A DNA stretch of 54,089 nucleotides, the filler included, from Squatina squatina (taxonomy: Eukaryota): assembly GCA_031763465.1 (NCBI GenBank). It is 3 parts of 3 records of this genome, joined end to end, with 100 filler letters (N's around TTAATTAATTAA, not from the genome) between each part and the next. Parts side by side here need not be neighbours in the genome. Positions count along the whole stretch, not along the records: positions 40,763 to 54,089 come from JARFOE010000016.1; 2 more parts are not named here. One strand, given 5' to 3'. Shown in pieces: positions 50,246 through 54,089 of this stretch. Numbering within the stretch: position 1 is the first letter of the stretch; every line of letters begins with the position of its first letter. The notes under the pieces are model-generated. The model had not been told where the DNA came from. It did not search any database and saw nothing but the letters and a program-made list of their open reading frames with translations. The position numbers and the translations under genes were made by a program.

Positions 50246-52400
50246 GGAGGTTTTGTGTATGTAATTCACTACAGTATTACTACTAATAGGGGATTTTAAC
50301 TATGTAAGGTGCATAAATGTAAGACAAATGTTTGCAGTCAAAATGGGGTATGGAGTTCTTTAATCAGTTCTTGATGATGTGATTTATCGGTTTTAGTCAG
50401 AAGTGAGCCCATTGCTCATAAAGATGCATCCTGCTGTACATTTTAGGTTTTGTCTATATGGAATTTTGTTAGCTTTAAAATTATGAGACATTATAAGCTA
50501 TCATTTTGCTTTAACATTAAAATTAGGGAACTTGGAATCCAGACTGTTTCTATAGTAATTGGGAACATTCATTAGTAAAAAATGAAGGCCGTTGGATATA
50601 ATTTTAAGTATTTCTGNNNNNNNNNNNNNNNNNNNNNNNNNNNNNNNNNNNNNNNNNNNNNNNNNNNNNNNNNNNNNNNNNNNNNNNNNNNNNNNNNNNN
50701 NNNNNNNNNNNNNNNNAAAATAATACAGTAACAATATTTAACTCCTAACTAAGGCATTTTATTACTGTAGTAAAGAATAGTAAAATACACAATTTATGCC
50801 TTTCAAATTTCTTCCTAGTGTGATCTCTATATATTTATTTTTTAATTTGTCGATTTTAAAATCTGACCTGTTCTCCTATATCTTCATCAATCTATGTTCC
50901 ATTCTGGAACTGGAACCCACATCTGAAATTCTGTCTCTGGCTGAAAAGCCAGCTGAAAACAGATTCCAAAGAACCAATCAAGAGAGAGAACATTGAAATT
51001 TGACCTGCTTACATGGGACTAGCTAACTGAAAGGCTGCCCTTTCAAAATAAATTGTCAACCATCCAGGGGAGCAGTCATGCCACAATGAGTTATCGCGGC
51101 AGTGATGGCCTGAGGGTTAACTGGCTTTAAGTACAATTTTGTACTACCAGTATGAAAAAGAAAAAAAATTGGGTGTTCCCATGGATATTTGATTACTTTG
51201 AAGGCTGCGCCATCAAAAGTACACGTCGAGATTACAGTTCTTAATGTACTACCCAAGTAATTGCACTTCGGAGCAGTTCATAATGTGGTGCTTTGCGAAA
51301 CTTGAGATATGATAATTGACAGTGTAAATGTAAGTTTACTTTAACACAAAGTGCTATAAATTTAAGAATCTGTGGTATAGCATGTTGCAGTGTCGGGAGT
51401 TGTAGGGAATGTTTTGATTTGTGCTTGTGATTCTACAAACAGTTCCTGAATTTGGCCATGCTATCTGGACCTGAGCAGAGGCATGGTACTTCCCCTAAAG
51501 AGGGGAGTTAGCAGATTAACCACTTCACTTAATAGATTGATGGAGAGTAACATTAGCAGAAGTGTGTGAGCGATCACTTTTCTGCCTTCAGTGTCGGAAA
51601 GACGTGATGATGGAATGAAAATGAAAAATTACATGCTGTATAGTTCTGCTTCTCATTCTGCTTTCAAAATCAAAGAACACTTAAACAGGTGCTTGAATAC
51701 TGAGGTTTTCACCTTTTTCAACATGCAGAAGATTGAAATAATCACTGACTGTTTACATGTGGGACAAAAGCAGATATTTGCTACCTGTCAGTAGATAGAG
51801 CATGGTCAGCATCTGACATGGTCTTTGATACCAACATTCACAGGTATTCACTGAGCAATCTTAATGATCACAAAATCTTCTGGAGCAGAAATATCATTAG
51901 CTCAAATATATTTAAGTTCCTTGCTTAATTTGTGAACTGTAGGCCTCTTTTAACATAAAACCTGTCAAGTCTTATGCTGATGTAACAAATTGCAGTGGTT
52001 TTATAATACCATGTGCTCCCGGTGAAGTGGAAACTTTACAATTTTTTGTTGTGGCACAGATTCCACAGCACTTGAGCATGTGTGACTGTTAATTTGCAAT
52101 TCAAGACTTTCTGGCTGCTGAAAGTCCACACAGGCAAATTGAAAATTGCCTTGCTTGCCAGAAACTGAACAGTGGAACTGCCGTGATCAGAAAGCATGGT
52201 GACTGGCACTTGCTATATCTGGTACATGATATGGAAAGCATTAAAAATCTTCCTGCTTTATTACAAGTGTTGAAACTTACCAAGAGTTGAGACTTATTGT
52301 GGGGTTAATATTTCACAATGAAAATTTGGATCTGGAAGAATCTAGTTGATGCTGCTCCATTGTTGGCTAGAAATTGAATTGTTTTATTTTCTGTACACAG

Positions 52401-52626
52401 AAAGAAGACACAGTACATCAAGCAAACCACCTGTGACCCCTCCATCTTCTGCATACTCTTATCCTTCCACACTCTCAAAAAACAGAAGCAGTAGTGATTG
52501 TGGAAACAGTCGCTCTTCTGGTGGAAACTGTGCTTCATCCAGCTCTAAGATACAGAAATCCCCCAAAGATAAACTTCACATCAGTGGTATGAGCAGACCA
52601 CTTTTCCTGGTACACCATGCCAAGAT
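52401..52626 (+). CDS. ATXN7: ATXN7 coding exon 4, 3' end lost in gap ((E)RRHSTSSKPP...KIQKSPKDKLHISG...)
   Basis: Acceptor acacag|, phase 1; matches ERRHSSSSKPP...KLLKSPKEKLQLRG; truncated by gap 52627-52636. Confidence 0.92.
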
Positions 52627-54089
52627 NNNNNNNNNNTTTGGTTGTTGTATTTTGGTTTCACAAAAAACATTTCTGCTGCATTGTTTTCCCACAACAGACT
52701 AACTTTTAGCACCACCGTTTTAATCTAAGTTCACCCAACTTCTAATTTGATTATCAGCATTGCCGCTAGCCAAGGTTCACACAATGAACATTTCCAAATT
52801 AACCTTGAACTATCTCGTGCCCGGTAAGATGACTGTGACCCTTTCCTGAACATTCAGTAGCTTGGGTTATTTTGATTATCAAACTGGTTTGTCTTTGTTC
52901 ACATCTTGTTGATGGTTAAGCAGCGCAGAAATGTCTTGACGTTTAATTGTAGTACGTCACTGTCCAGAATGTTTGTACTTGGTCCATTTCTTCCATCTGC
53001 TCCCCCACCCCCAGGAACAAAGTGTGCAAGCATTTAGACATCCGAGTGTTCTCTGGTCCCAGTCAGTTGTGTTGTTGATCAAATTTGGCTAAGTGGTACA
53101 CCAAAGTAATTTTTGCTTAAGATTATTTAAATCTGTTTATTCAGATATCTGAAACACTTAAAAGATTCTTTCTAGAACCGTGTCACGACAACTCAACAAC
53201 ATTTATAGAAAGCTTGACAAATTGCTGCTTATATACTTGTGATACACTTTGGGATTTTATTTAAGTTTAGCCAATGGAAATTGAATTCTTCCAACTTCAA
53301 TATGTCTCAAACACTAGGAAACTAATGTCTTAATTTGAGAAATCTTTGTATCTGAAAACTTGGCTGAAATTAAGTTTATAGGAATAGTTTTAAAAAAAAA
53401 ATGTTTTAAAATGGAAATCTGAAAACAAAATGCTGGAAACATGAAGGATTACACCTCAAATAGTAAAGTCATTTCTGTTTACCAATGCTGACTGTATTTC
53501 CAGCATTTCCTCTTTCTGTAACAGTTAATTCTGCTGATATATCTGATCAATTTAATAGGCTCACCTTTGTTGCACACATTTAGGAATATTTTTGGAAGTA
53601 CTCTATGTCCTGCTGTCTAATCACTTCCTCAGATTATACCAATCACATGATTTTATATTGTTGCTGTCTTTATAAAATAGATCTATATTTTTCATGCCTC
53701 TTGGGGTGTTGCCGGAGCCGGGATTCAGCACCATCCTTGTTATGCTTTCCAGGAATAAAAAGCCAGGGAATGCTACTGGGTTGGAGCTATCCCAGTACTT
53801 GTCTACAGGAGCTGCAGTTTTAAAGGAATCATTTTGAGGCTGGGATGTCCCCACTTAATGCTACTATGAGTGACCAGAGATAGAAAGAGAAAATTGGGTT
53901 GGGGAGGGAGGTGGAAGAGGGAACAACAGAAATGGGATGGGGGAGGGGAAGGTGGTGGAGAAAGAAAAGAAGTAAAGACTCCGAAGCAGAGCAACAGCAA
54001 TTAAATGCTTAATCTTTCCAACCTTTTCTTTCCCTCCCCCTTCAGCCTCACTTTTTTAAAATTTCTTCTATTGTACCAAGAAGCTGGAC

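Overview
This is eukaryotic vertebrate genomic DNA, most likely from a cartilaginous fish (inferred from its repeat content). The draft is gappy and joins three scaffolds with artificial N44-TTAATTAATTAA-N44 linkers at 24423-24522 and 40663-40762. Segment 1 (1-24422) holds nine internal + strand coding exons of NAV1. Segment 2 (24523-40662) holds FOXP2 exons equivalent to human exons 10-13 and 15; the canonical forkhead exon 14 is not visible and probably lies in a gap. Segment 3 (40763-54089) holds the first four coding exons of ATXN7, which lacks a polyQ tract and is preceded by a 52-bp minisatellite. Introns contain CR1/L2-type LINE ends, Deu-type SINEs, Penelope-like termini with minimal hammerhead ribozyme motifs, and GC-rich MITE-like elements. 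The main finding is that this FOXP2 gene carries a homologue of the FOXP1 ES-cell-specific alternative forkhead exon (human 18b / mouse 16b) from 39132, on the same ungapped contig as FOXP2 exon 15. It has an intact acceptor, a ~150-nt AG-free zone and a dense YGCY (MBNL-type) cluster, but has apparently lost its 5' splice site. Gene calls rest on recalled human protein sequences plus GT-AG and phase logic; no searches were run.
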